50,964 nt of DNA, taken from positions 1-50,964 of the forward strand of contig JYFJ02002780.1 in assembly GCA_000934665.2 (NCBI GenBank). The letters run 5' to 3'. Below, piece by piece: positions 11,779 through 49,683 of this stretch. The notes under the pieces were generated by a model. It made no database searches. It was not told where the DNA came from and saw nothing but the letters and a program-made list of their open reading frames with translations. Within the stretch, counting starts at the first letter, position 1. Each line of letters begins with the position of its first letter. Source of the DNA: Catajapyx aquilonaris. Lineage: Eukaryota. Made by a program: the position numbers and the translations under genes.

Positions 11779-12142
11779 GATGGGCCTGTGTTGGCCCATG
11801 TGCCACACTCAATGGTGTAGGTCCCATTCTTATTTACTTCACCTTAGGGTACCCAAACTGTCAGATTTGCTTTTACTATTTATTGGAAATTTTACCATAA
11901 TTGAATCCTTTCCATGGAATTCAATCCACAACTAAGACGATTGCCTATGATTTGTAGTTACTGAAATTTATTCCTTGAACTTGGATGATGCTAGCTTCCT
12001 TGTACAGGTGGTCCAGTCATATTACTGCAACCTTTAGAGGAAGCTATGACTATGTGACTGTAATCCTTATCAGCATGCCAAATATGGACTGGTATGCAGT
12101 GGCAGGTTATCACCATGTTATTGTGATCAAGGCGTTGATAGA

Positions 12143-12252
12143 ATGATGGCATGTAAAAAGTTTGGTGGATGCACATGTGCATCCACCAAACTTTTTACAT
12201 GCCATCATCCCATACATCCTCTTCAACGTGTATGTTGAGGAGGATGTATGGG
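12143..12252. repeat. 66-bp perfect palindrome (12143-12208) abutting a 19-bp-arm hairpin (12209-12252)
   Basis: 33-nt arms with zero spacer centred on GCACA|TGTGC; the second stem has one mismatch and a 6-nt loop. Confidence 0.9.
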
Positions 12253-12907
12253 TCATTCTAAATTTACTTGCACTTTTCCACTTTTTCCAGAGTAATTTTT
12301 TTTTTGTTACATTTTAGCCACAATTATTGCATTATGTGGATGTGTAAGGTTTGAAGTGAAGCAAATAGCTGATAGCAGAGCTTATGCAGACCAGCAGACC
12401 TTTTAGTATGCGTGCAGGTGTATAAATCTGTAACCTCTGTTACTGGACAGAAACCTGCACTTCTCTTGTTTATAAGATCAAGCAGTCAGGCAATACCTTT
12501 TACCATTGGACTTAGTGGATGTCCGTAGTCAAGTTAATGTTGTATACAAACCATATAGTTAATGAGAATGGATTTAAAAAATTAACTGTGTAACATCTGT
12601 TAGCGGTTGCATATTTTATACTTGAAAGTTTTCCTAGGAACAAGAAAAAATAACATACAAAAAACAACTTCTGGGTGTTGTTGGGCCACATATTGAGTGC
12701 AGCCTTCGATTGACAGAATTGGTCATAACTGATAATTAAGAATTGCAGAAATTAATTTCCTTTCCATAACAGAGTTACATGAGGTAGCAAACGTTGCAGA
12801 CATCAATTTAATGCAGTGATTTTTTTCACATATTACCAGTGATGTTGATAGTTAAGTTCACCAAAAGGGTATTCTGGGTTAAATGACTGCACAGCCACAT
12901 TTTAAAC

Positions 12908-13186
12908 CAGTGGTTCTCAACCTTTTTTCATCGCGACCCTATCTGCAACCCATGCCCCCCCCCCCCCTCCTCCTCCACCAAATCCTGAGTTTTTCCCCAA
13001 ATATTTTATTACCAAAACGTTCATCAAGGTACGGTACAATGCTTTTGTAGATTTGAGATGAATTTCCCCACAAAATGTTCCTTCCATGGGTTGCATTATT
13101 TTTTCTTCGTCTTTCTTTCCTTTACCAGGCCTTCCCCGCGACCCTTGAAGCATGTTGGCGACCCTATTTTGGGTCAGGACCCACTG
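12908..13186. mobile_element. hAT (Charlie-like) MITE
   Basis: CAGTGGTTCTCAACC...CCACTG termini; 8-bp TSD TTTTAAAC/TTTTAATC; internal GCGACCC motifs. Confidence 0.75.
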
Positions 13187-13193
13187 TTTTAAT

Positions 13194-13550
13194 CATGGTC
13201 TTAGAATGGTCTGGTCACTCTGCTCTTATCACCTTCGGGGGCTGACGGGAGGGTTTGCGGCAGGTAGCCACGAGAGTGCTTTTCTTCAGGGGCAAGACAT
13301 ATGGCGACCCTACCGGACTCCTCTGAACTTACGTAGAAGAGGAGTTCTGTGAGCTCCATAGAGTAAATATACTACTACACCCTTTGGTGAGTGCTGTTGG
13401 AGCTCCTCTTCTACGTAAGTTCAGAGGAGTCCGGTAGGGTTGCCACAGGTCTTGCCGCTGAAGAAAAGCATGGCCACCTGCTGCAAACCACCCCATCAGC
13501 CCCCAAAGGTGATAACGGGAGTGACCAGACCTGACTGTTCTAAGACCATG
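13194..13550. mobile_element. hAT-type fold-back MITE with ~150-bp inverted arms
   Basis: CATGGTCTTAGAA...TTCTAAGACCATG termini; 8-bp TSD GTTTTAAT/GTTTTAAG. Confidence 0.8.
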
Positions 13551-13830
13551 GTTTTAAGGGATAACCATATATTTGTTTTCCATTCACGATAAAGGCGCTG
13601 CTTTTCTGCATTTGTTAGCTTGTGACTGCACTTTTTTTTTGGTCCCGTTATGAAAGTGAAGAAAAATATCTCACGGTTGTGGTAAGATTGGTCTAATTAG
13701 GCCTGTCTTACCCCAACTATTAGCGGACATATAATACACTATAAGTTCTGTGACATTTTATAACCTTCTGTAATATCTGTTTTGTAATATCTCTTTCTGG
13801 TAGGGGGTAATGGAGGTTACATTCACTATG

Positions 13831-14166
13831 TTAAGGGAGGTGGAGTGGTGCTGCGGTACGTATGCGCCCACGGATGTTAAGGTCCCGGGTTCGATCCCAG
13901 CCCGGGGTTACCCCATTCATCTCGTGCAGAGTTGAGCGGTTGTCTCTGGCTTCGTCTTGGGTGGTATCTCCTTAGACAAACCACCTGGGTGAAAGGGAGT
14001 TCACAAAACGACCACGGATAAGACATTGCACTGCACTGCACTTTGCACATCCCCTCCTGTCATCCTGCCTGTGGGCCCGGGCGCTTCAATTAATAGGTTC
14101 CAAAAGTGTACATTGTATACAAATAAAGGCCCTTGCTACATGCCGAGAGGCCGAGCACTACCCAGA

Positions 14167-14236
<70 letters not shown>
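13831..14236 (+). mobile_element. tRNA-derived SINE with (TTA)n tail
   Basis: B box GGTTCGATCCC, (TTA)n 14167-14236, TSD TTACATTCACTaTG/TTACATTCACTgTG (13817, 14235). Confidence 0.8.
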
Positions 14237-14238
<2 letters not shown>

Positions 14239-14414
14239 ATTCACTGTGAGTACTGCAGTCATTGACACCTACAGTATTTTTATCTACAGATGTTACTGGT
14301 AGTTAAACCTGGGGCTGGCTCATTTGTGGGTGGTTGTAATCACTAATAAGTAATAACTTTTATGCTTTTGTTTCCTTTGGCAGGGCTGGGCGCAGCCATT
14401 AATCGATTGAGACC

Positions 14415-40341
<25,927 letters not shown>

Positions 40342-40949
40342 ATATCTAAAGAACATCCCTTGATCCCATAACGAACAGAAGCAAACACCCCCCATTTTCT
40401 CTCTCTCTCTCTCCCACTATCACCCCCTTCAGCCCCAAAATGCTTTTCCGGTTAAAGTGAATGAATGCAGGTTGTGATGAGTTGAAAGATCCGGTTAGCC
40501 AAAGAAGGCTTCTTTTTAAAAACGCAGGTTTCACTTTCTCAGCTGGGCCAACCCACAATTTCTTGGGTACATTTAATTGGATCCTGCAGATAGAATAAGG
40601 GTTTTGCGTGCATGAATGTTTAGAGAATTAAAAGGCAGGTGTCACCTGCAAAAAATACAAAAAGATGTGGGATAAATAACTTTGAGCAGCTTCAAGGTTG
40701 TGTGAATGGGATTCATCTCACCTTTTTTTTTCGTGTATGTGTTCAATTGTGCATATATGTGTATGTGTGTGTGTGTGTGTGTACGTGTATACAGCCTATA
40801 CCCACCATATTCCGTATCCAAGCTTGCACTTCTAGTCAAAGAAAAGGGGGGAGGGGCAACAAATGTGGCCATTGTTGATATTTTTTGATCAATTTTTCCC
40901 TACAACCATACCCCATCATGGAATCTAATCCCCCCAAATTGGGGTTCAA

Positions 40950-40955
40950 AATAAA
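40950..40955 (+). terminator. Candidate polyadenylation signal of alpha-actinin
   Basis: AATAAA ~610 nt after the stop, followed by GT-rich sequence at ~40980-41010; more distal sites are possible. Confidence 0.35.
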
Positions 40956-42692
40956 TCTGCTTATGCTTGAAGCAAGAGAGTGTGTATTGTGTAATCATGT
41001 GTAATGTGTGAGATTGTAAGAAACAAAATAGTGCAAAAACAGAAAAAAAAGTGTAAAATATCACTGGCAATGAGAATGCTGCTATGGAATTTTTAAATGT
41101 GGGCACAGAATAACATCTGAGACTATGCATAACAATGAAAAGGACTACAGCACAGGTTATACGTCTGGACAAGACCCACAGGGAACAAGGACTACTCGTT
41201 GAAAGAAAAGTCACTGCCACGGTCTCATTGTTTCATCTGCAGAATCCATCGTTTTCATACTGGAATACATGAAACAGAAATTAGTAGTGTGTAATCTGGT
41301 CCATAGGATCAGTCTAGTAGCCTTCCTCAACTGAATCATAATAGATAGTGATTAGCCAGGGATTAATTATTGCTCAATCCAAATACCTCCCACAATTTTG
41401 TATTATTGAAAGGCATCAGAAACAATGTGCGAATAAGTAGCAAGAATGTAGGTCCAGTTAAGAAACTGTGCAGACTCAGGTCCTAGTGGTCATGGTTTGT
41501 AACTGTGTTTCATCGTTTTGAACCATTTCGTATTCAGACGTGGAAGCTAGTGCATGGTATAGACACGTGTATGGGAAAGTGTTCTGTGTGCTGTCTGGCG
41601 TTGAATGTGAGAGGTGGAAGAAACAACGTTTATGGGAACTCCCAAGCTTCCTTTGTCAATTCAACTGACTTCAGGGTGTCCTGATTGTTCTGGTGCCATG
41701 TCTTAGAATTATTTCGATGCATAGTTCTGAGGCTGCACTGACTGAACGAATAGCAAAGGTGGTGGGGAGCTGGAGGTTAGTAATAGTCATTAACTGCACA
41801 TCATTGATGAGACCAGAAGAATGCGAAATGCAAGATGATAGTCAGTCCCTAATATCACGATGGGCGTAATCCTTTCAACGTTTGGTAACCTCTCTCTGTA
41901 TCTAGATGCGGTGGTAATGAATGTTCATGACTGGAATTGTGCAGGAGGCGGGGCACCATGCATAACATCCAGCATGCTTCACCTTGTACATAATTCCTAG
42001 CAGAAAGTAAAGTCTTGAAATTTGATATTCTTTTGTCAGCTTTAATTCTCCCTCAATATTAACATTTCAGTGCAACACTGGTGTAGGTATGTGATATCTG
42101 TATGGATGGGGAAAGGTAAGGCATTTGAATATTATTTTTGAATCACTTTGGAGTTCAGAGGCTATCCAGGTTATGCTCATCACTCCTGGAGGAGAACAGC
42201 AAAATTTCACACTCACACGTTGTTCTTCAAGCTCTTTCATTTTCACTTGTCACTAATCTGACAAGCAGCTTGTGCAAGGTGGATATGGCACGGGTGTCTC
42301 TAGTGGGTGGCAATATTGGCTTGACATCACAGGACTATTATTTTCTCCTCTGGGTAGAATAGCAAGTTCTATGTGATGCGGCATAATACTGTAAGAGAGA
42401 TATTTGCATACTTGTCGTCGATTACAGTATGCAGTATGGTATCATACATGACGAAATGCAAGCAATAATCTCTATTTAAACAGTATGTTGGAACGGGGTT
42501 CCCCTGTCAAAGCAAGCTGACGATGGGATTGGTCACACACACATTATAAAAATGCACTGTGCAACAGAACTTGAATATTCTCACAACTGTACACTTGACT
42601 ATTTTCATTGTAACATTATTTTAGTACGGTACCAGAAACATTACAAAAAATTTGGCAAGGATCAAAATTATGGAAATCTACCTCAGTTATTG

Positions 42693-42756
42693 CGGCATGC
42701 TGGTTGAACTCGTTTTATACCGGCATGCTGGTTGAACTCGTTTTATACTGGCATGC
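42693..42756. repeat. 28-bp tandem duplication
   Basis: CGGCATGCTGGTTGAACTCGTTTTATAC x2 plus a partial third copy. Confidence 0.9.
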
Positions 42757-42875
42757 CGCTTTATTAGTGGTAATACGGTATATTAGAGTAGTCCCTTTAG
42801 TTAAAGCCTTTGCTTCCAGCCCTCAATGAAAGAGGTAGCTACAGGTACTCTGCCTTACTAGGATGCAGATATTAA

Positions 42876-43002
42876 CCCTGTAATGCCCACTGGGTCATAT
42901 TTGGCACACACCTTAGTGAAATTTTTGCAATTTTTATATTTCCTGTAAGTGCCAAATTGCTCTAAATGGTGTGCCAGATATGACCCAAGGGGCATTACAG
43001 GG
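42876..43002. mobile_element. piggyBac-type MITE (127 bp)
   Basis: TTAA|CCCTGTAATGCCC...GGGCATTACAGGG|TTAA, ~30-bp TIRs. Confidence 0.85.
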
Positions 43003-44427
43003 TTAAATGATCATCCTACATAATGCGATCCTCTGGCTCACACAGGTTACCCTAAAAGTTTGCTGATATCTTTCTAAAACACAGTACATTTTATGACATA
43101 ATTATACAATATGTATCATAAGAGAAAGCAAATAGGCACTATAGCTATCCTCTCCAGACCCAAGAAGAATTGAGTAACACAATGTCAGTTCCTATTGCAT
43201 TTTCTGAACATTTTCCCAATAAGAAACGAGAAAAAAAATTTAGTTCTAAAATATTGACAAAAATGATGACTAACAACCAATGAGAACATTAGGACCCAAT
43301 TGCTGCTACAAAAGCAGAACGGATGAAAGCTGAAAATTTAAATGCCACTTTAATGGATCAGTAACATAGTGCTCTATCCTCCAAACAATGTTTTTGAAAT
43401 GCATTTGTGGAATTCGTGGTAGCAATTCCTCTCAGAAGACAATTAAAGATAAATATGAAATTTACTTTCAAGGCCAAAACTTCAGGTATGGGGATTGCTT
43501 CTTACTTTCTAGCATGGTACCTCGCTATTCTAGAATTTAAAACTGAACTGTAGTGCAAAGCACACTTCCTTGTGGTGTATAGGTACGACAGTATCAATCG
43601 TTGCCGCTGAATTTTTTTACAAACTTATGTATCCTATAGGATACTCCAGGTCCGAGGAGGTTAAGTTCTTCAGCCCTGGTTTATCTCCGTTCGTCTCTGT
43701 ATGACTGGTGGCGTTTGACATAAATCTTCAGACAAAAGCGCTAGCTGTTACTCCTTCCATTAATGTCCATGTTTTTTAGTGTATGGTCAAGAGCTTCAAG
43801 GGTAGCCTTGTGTGACAATGTGCACTAATTCCACACTATAGCCTACTGTATATTAATTAGAGCACACTACGTCAAAGTTTTTTCTTGCACCGTACTGCTA
43901 TGTTACACACTGAAGCACCTGCATAGGTGAGAAAAAAAGAGTAGGCCTACAGACACCTAAGAGACTAACAAATGGTTCATTCTTGTTGGTTCAACAGTTT
44001 GAGACTGAAAAAAATATTGAATTTTTTCCCCAATTTAAAAAGGTGACAGAAACCTAGCATTAAAATATTTCTGGTGCTCTTGATTTTATATCACTTAATC
44101 TGCATATGACCATATAATGACTAATGAGTCACAAAATTTCTGAAGAGACCTAATGTGCATATTGCACCGCACAAGAGACTGGGTGCTTCCTATAATGCTT
44201 ACCATAAAATGATCCTTTCGCATGGAGTTGTGCTAAAAAAGCTCAACATGAGCATGCACTGCAAAGGTGACCAATCAGCAAAAGAAATTTCAGATACTGT
44301 AATTATGTTACTGAAGGTCAGAAGAGGCGATGTAAAAGAGGTTGGCTGAGAAATAGAAATTCCAATAGATCTATACTGTATACAGTATAGGCCGAACATG
44401 AGAAATTTTTGAAAAATTCATTTTTAA

Positions 44428-44718
44428 CCCTGGAACCATGACGTGTCTGAAAGTAACAGGAACCGTGACGTGGGGTCTTTTAGGACCCCATTCATATTTT
44501 AATTTTTATTAATTTTTATATAATAATACTTTTCAATGTATTGAGTATATGCAATCATTATTTGAACAATGCCTAAAATGATCGCTAATTCAAAATAAAC
44601 ATGCACTTCCTGTTATATAGGCCTACTTTTTTAAATGGCAAAAGTTCCTTGTAATTATAATTTTAATGCATATTAATTCCTTTGGGGCCCTAAAAGACCC
44701 CACGTCAAGGTTCCAGGG
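44428..44718. mobile_element. piggyBac-type MITE (291 bp)
   Basis: TTAA|CCCTGGAACC..GACGTG / CACGTC..GGTTCCAGGG|TTAA, with an internal subterminal IR GACGTGGGGTCTTTTAGG. Confidence 0.85.
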
Positions 44719-45102
44719 TTAATATACCCTGACATGTCATTTCTGAATGAAATAATAATAATAATCTGGATTGATTCTCTGAAAAGGTTGGTGCCAAGAA
44801 ACAGCATGTTGATGGCATCAGTAGTAAGCTGCTAGATCAGTTTAATACAGAAGAGGTACTGGTACCTTAGTTTATCTGTCAAAAGATCGAGTAATGGAAA
44901 ACTATTCTGTAAAATATATTAAATATCCAATTGAGTTCTTGAACCCATCATATGTACCTGCTCATAATTAAACCAGTTGAAAATTGGGTCTTCAGTCATG
45001 TTCTTCCAAAACTTAAATCCGTCCTAAACTTTTGTAACTGCAGGTGCAATCCTTGAAGCCCAATGTACAGTAGTAGCCTACTATATGCTATAATGATGCT
45101 GT

Positions 45103-45170
45103 CAGGCTCGGCTCCAGGCATAGGCGACATAGGCAGCTGCTTAGGGCGCCGATTTTGGGAGGGCACCACA
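45103..45170. mobile_element. Fragment of hAT-type MITE end
   Basis: CAGGCTCGGCTCCAGGCATAGGCGACATAGGC..TAGGGCGCC resembles hAT MITE left ends; no partner TIR seen. Confidence 0.35.
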
Positions 45171-45729
45171 AACTAGAGTTCATTATAACACTATGCAAGA
45201 ATGACAATTTTTGTACATGGGAATCATTCATCGCTATTTTGTCCACGGGAATTCATCACTATTTCCATGTACTTTAGGTCAATCGTATTCCATAATGACT
45301 ATTCGTTTTGTCTGAAATTTGTTTTTGACCTTGGGGCATGTCAAAAAATCTATTTCCTCGAAATATATAGGGATCCTTCCGAATCAGGTGGGCCGAAATG
45401 AATACCGTGGGGAGGGGGCGCTCCAGTTCTAGCATATTTGCAGAGGTTTCAGGAGATTGTGTATACATCTCACTTCGTGATTTTCTGCACTTGTGCAGTG
45501 CGATCAGTGCGACACGGTTCTGTTTGATGGCCCACTGCAAGTTCATGGTTCGCCTGTGTGACATGAATTGACTTGTTAACAATACCGAAGGACCTGCTTG
45601 ACATGGCTTCACGTACGCTCTTAGCACCATGCTCTTAGGCAAGGCTTTTCTAGGTCTATTAGTTTAGCTATACCAAGAGCTGGCTATTCTATTAACAGTT
45701 GTGAAGGTAGCTGTTCTAACTACATTGCA

Positions 45730-45805
45730 GTGAACCGCTGTGTTATTTGGGCTGTTTCCAATGTCGACTGAGCGAGTGAAAAGTTCAAGATGGCGGCCGT
45801 CCCAG
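45730..45805 (+). promoter_or_regulatory. Probable pecanex promoter / non-coding exon 1
   Basis: YY1/Pho-type CAAGATGGCGGC at 45786-45797, CpG-rich, donor CAG|GTGAGG (45805/6); alternative donor AAG|GTGAGA (45889/90). Confidence 0.55.
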
Positions 45806-46724
45806 GTGAGGAAGATTTTGTGGGTCATCGACTGAATGGCGCGGAAGGCAGGGATAGAGGGTGTGACCTGATCAAATGAAGAGTATAAGGTGAGAAAAAC
45901 GGAGCATACCAGCATTTACAGTACACTTAGGCCTCTTGAGAAACACCCTTTGTTGTTTCATACACTGCTATTGGGATGCATGGAAATGTACTGATTGGCT
46001 CTACTGGTCTGGTCAGGATGCTTTTTGGACCCTGGAAACACAAAGAAATGTTGGAATAGTCTACAACAATGTCACTGTGTCTTTATAGCAGGAGTTTCAA
46101 TTAGGAGGAGTATTTGTTGACGATAAATGATAATTCAAAAGTGACTGCATTGAAAATTAGTAAATGATGGACAATTTGTGCTTCATGCTGAGAGTTGTGA
46201 ATGCAAGAAGAAACTTGAGCCAGCTTTTGTTATTCATGGAGATTGAGGTGTTGACTGGGAAGATACATTTTAAAGTTATTATTTAGGTTAGGTTCCCACA
46301 GAATACCGAACATCTGCAGGTTTGACTAAGGAGAATGTTACTGTGTCACAATGTATTGGCCCAAAGGCTAGTGACTATTTATCCAGAACACTTATTTGAA
46401 ATAATTGCAGTGATTGTAAGGATTGCAGTATCCAAAATGGAATGATTATTGTTTGCATGTTTTTGAGTTGAATATTTAGAATGTTAATATCTTTCTGTTA
46501 TTTACAGTGTGGGCTGAAGATGGCCAATAATTTAATGAGGAGTTCAGCAGCTGAAGATGAAATGCCAGAATGCAGGCTTTTAAAATTTGCTCATATGCCA
46601 CCTGCCTGCCTTTTAAATACTTCCATTTTTTTGCACCTCATGAAAAAGACTGTACTTAATACCTCAGACACAAATTGTGTCTGCTATGGGCTTATGCAAA
46701 GGCTGGTGTAAATAAGTAAATTAG

Positions 46725-46976
<252 letters not shown>

Positions 46977-47602
46977 TGACTCAGGCAATATTAATTCACA
47001 CGTCTATTTGAATAAATCGGCATTGGAACAGTTGTCATGTGGGTGTTAAGGGCTGAAGAAGCTAGATTATTTGCATGTCATGTGTGTTTTGAAGAAAGGT
47101 TTGGAGGTTTCTGAAACTTTTATATAAGAAAAGAAAAAGTGATATGAATATTGTCCAGGTATTATTACGAATTTCATCACTGTCACAATTCTCGTGATTG
47201 TTTACCTTTATAACTTCATGAGCATGCCCCTAGTGATGTTAGAGAATTTTTGAAATATACTTACCTAACTGTTGGACATAGTTGACAAGTTATGGATTTT
47301 AAGCACCTGTAAAATAAGGTGATGGGTGTTGCTAATGCACTTAATGGTCAAATAAAAGTCACATTTGGATATGGAGTACTTTAAATGGCAAGGTTATTTG
47401 CACTGGTATACACTTTTAGTATATAATGAAGTGTGCTATAAGGAGAGGGCAGAATTTTGTGTAGAAATGTCCAAAGTGAGTGTAAGCAATACTAAAAATC
47501 TCTACAGTTATTTCTGAAAAGTATTCATTAAAAGGGGGTGATGCCAGCCATTATTCAGGGTTTTCCAAGTCAGCTCCAATTCATTTTGGTGAAAGTCTTA
47601 AC

Positions 47603-47800
47603 CCTCTCAGTACCGGCGCCGTATTTTTACGGCAAATCACTTTGATAATTTTTGCAAGAAATCTATAACTCTTAAATTAATGCGGTTTTCGGCATGTTCA
47701 CAAACAAAAAATGCAGAATTCACCACAAAAATCACATGCTCAAGGGGTTTGTTGGGCTTTTTCGTATGATGTTATCTTCCAGCAGCCATATTGGAAAAAG
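47603..47800. mobile_element. Possible piggyBac-type element left end
   Basis: TTAA|CCCTCTCAGTACCGGCGCCGTATTTTTACGGC; partner TIR not found, right limit approximate. Confidence 0.35.
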
Positions 47801-48285
47801 TTCTATGCACAACACCCCACAGCAACTCCGTTTTTTTCATATGGGTTTCCTCGTTAGACCCCCATGACCTTATGTGGCATATCAGTAGTTAGGTGGTGTG
47901 CCTCTTCGCTTTTGTTTCGGCTCCTGTTCCGTTCCTTTAGTTACTTTAACCAACAGCCGACACACAGCGAATCTGGTGGCGGAACATGGCGGACCAAGAC
48001 TCCTAAACTGCCAATTCAAATCTAGTAGGCATGGTCCATTCATTCTTTTTCACTGCCAGGGCCTGTTCACATCCACATTCTCATCATCCGTTCTGAATAA
48101 TAGTAATACTTTTCACCGCAGTGTAGAGATGTTGCTCCATACACTTGGTCTTTAAGTGGATCAGCGAGCAGGTGGGACTCTTAAAGATCCATGCAATAAG
48201 AGGGCATGTTTCCAGACCTGCATATACAGGGTGAAGGGAAACTCGCGGACAATCGCCAGGTAGACTGATAGTACTCATAAAACTA

Positions 48286-48564
48286 GCTGGCGCCGGTGGA
48301 CTGTTGGTTAGCGCGCTCGCCTCTGGTCCCAAAGTTGTGGGTTCGAACCCGGCCAAGGTCGGTGACTTTTCTCCAGGTGGTAGAAAAGTGAGAGTGCGCC
48401 TTCCTTCGGAGGGGAAGTAAAGCCGTCGGTCCCGTGTGCTTGTGACATTGCGCGAGTGCACGTTAAAGATTCCCAGAGTGGCCAAATTTCCAGGAGGAGG
48501 ACCATCCCCTGATGTCGGTGTTGGGCCTTGCGGCGGAAATAGGCTGACATAAGCCCCACTGAAA
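48286..48564 (+). mobile_element. tRNA-derived SINE with Deu-like core
   Basis: B box GGTTCGAACCC; CCTTCGGAGGGGAAGTAAAGCCGTCGGTCCC...GCACGTTAAAGA; 16-bp TSD AGTACTCaTAAAACTA/AGTACTCgTAAAACTA (48270, 48565). Confidence 0.85.
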
Positions 48565-48852
48565 AGTACTCGTAAAACTAATATAGAGATGATGTGCAAT
48601 TAGTTTTGGGCACCTGTTGCATAGTTAATGCATACAGCGTAGTCAAAGTTTCTTGACGTCACATCCGTTCCGCCAGCTTCAGTGAAGCAAAAGTCAGCTC
48701 GAGGGCCTCCGAACAATCCGGCCTTGGGTCCATTACACATCGTCCATGTGCAATAGGTGATCAAATCCCGTCAGAGTAAGAATCCGGGTATGACACTCCT
48801 GCACTTTGTCATTTTTACTTCATATTTTACCATCTGGCCCTCTACACTTTAA

Positions 48853-49259
48853 AGGGACACTCCACTCAAAATACAAGTTGGGTTCTAAAAATCGGGCAAA
48901 AAATCCTGATTCCGAGGGTATAAGCAGTTTTTCATAGAGACGAACGGTAAGGCCAGTGTGAAAGCTGGAAGTGTGTCGTTCGAAAACCGCGCGCGGGGCA
49001 GGTGGGCGACGCCACCAGAGTGGAACCGGGCGGAACTAGAGAATGCATCCTGGCGCGGCAGTTGTTTGTTGAGCACACTCTCTACTTCTCTGGTTTGCCG
49101 CGAGATGCTGTTGTATCGCCCTTCTTAGCAGACGACGTGTGTAGATATATGATTTCCCGTGTTACCGTTGGGCGTAGGAAAAAACCGATTGCACATTCGG
49201 AATCAGGATTTTTTGCCCGATTTTTGGGGGCCAACTTGTATTTTGAGTGGAGTGTCCCT
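48853..49259. mobile_element. Kolobok-type MITE
   Basis: TTAA|AGGGACACTCCACTCAAAATACAAGTTGG...CCAACTTGTATTTTGAGTGGAGTGTCCCT|TTAA; ~65-bp TIRs. Confidence 0.85.
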
Positions 49260-49345
49260 TTAAAGGCGCCGTGCGCATTAACTCTGTAACGGCGCCCAAA
49301 ACTAATTGCACATCCCTATATCAGTTTTACAAGTACAGTAAAACT

Positions 49346-49622
49346 ACCGAAGCAGTGGTGGCGGAAGGGATATGGTATCCGACTGCTAATCAGGAGGTCC
49401 TGGGTTCGAATCCCGGTGCCGGCAACTCTAACCGTGGTTTTCTGTGGTTTCCCACGGTTCCTCCAGGAGAATTCCGGAGTTGTTTCCTAAACTAATAGGC
49501 CACAGCCGCCTCCTTCCTTTCCTATCCTATCCCAAAAAGTGCAGTAAAAACGAAACGAAGAGTTCCAGTCAAAAAATATATATATCCCCCCTAAAGAGCC
49601 GCCGGCTGATAACGGGGTATGA

Positions 49623-49675
<53 letters not shown>
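49346..49675 (+). mobile_element. tRNA-derived SINE with (TTA)n tail
   Basis: B box GGTTCGAATCCC, GTGGTTTTCTGTGGTTTCCC...GGCCACAGCCGCCTCCTTCC body, perfect 18-bp TSD TACAAGTACAGTAAAACT (49328, 49676). Confidence 0.9.
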
Positions 49676-49678
<3 letters not shown>

Positions 49679-49683
49679 AAGTA

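Larger units (their letters stand above)
48227..49336. mobile_element. Tc1/mariner-type MITE with long inverted arms (host of nested insertions)
   Basis: TA|CAGGGTG start; arm 48566-48640 is the reverse complement of 49265-49336; the right arm is cut at a TA by a later insertion. Confidence 0.65.

Noticed and set aside
12078..12087. CArG box CCAAATATGG
   Set aside because: A single degenerate 10-mer, expected by chance in AT-rich DNA, with no supporting cluster.
49346..49420. tRNA genes at SINE heads (also 3684, 13840, 48290)
   Set aside because: A/B boxes are present, but they are followed by SINE bodies, tails and TSDs, and I could not fold complete cloverleaves.
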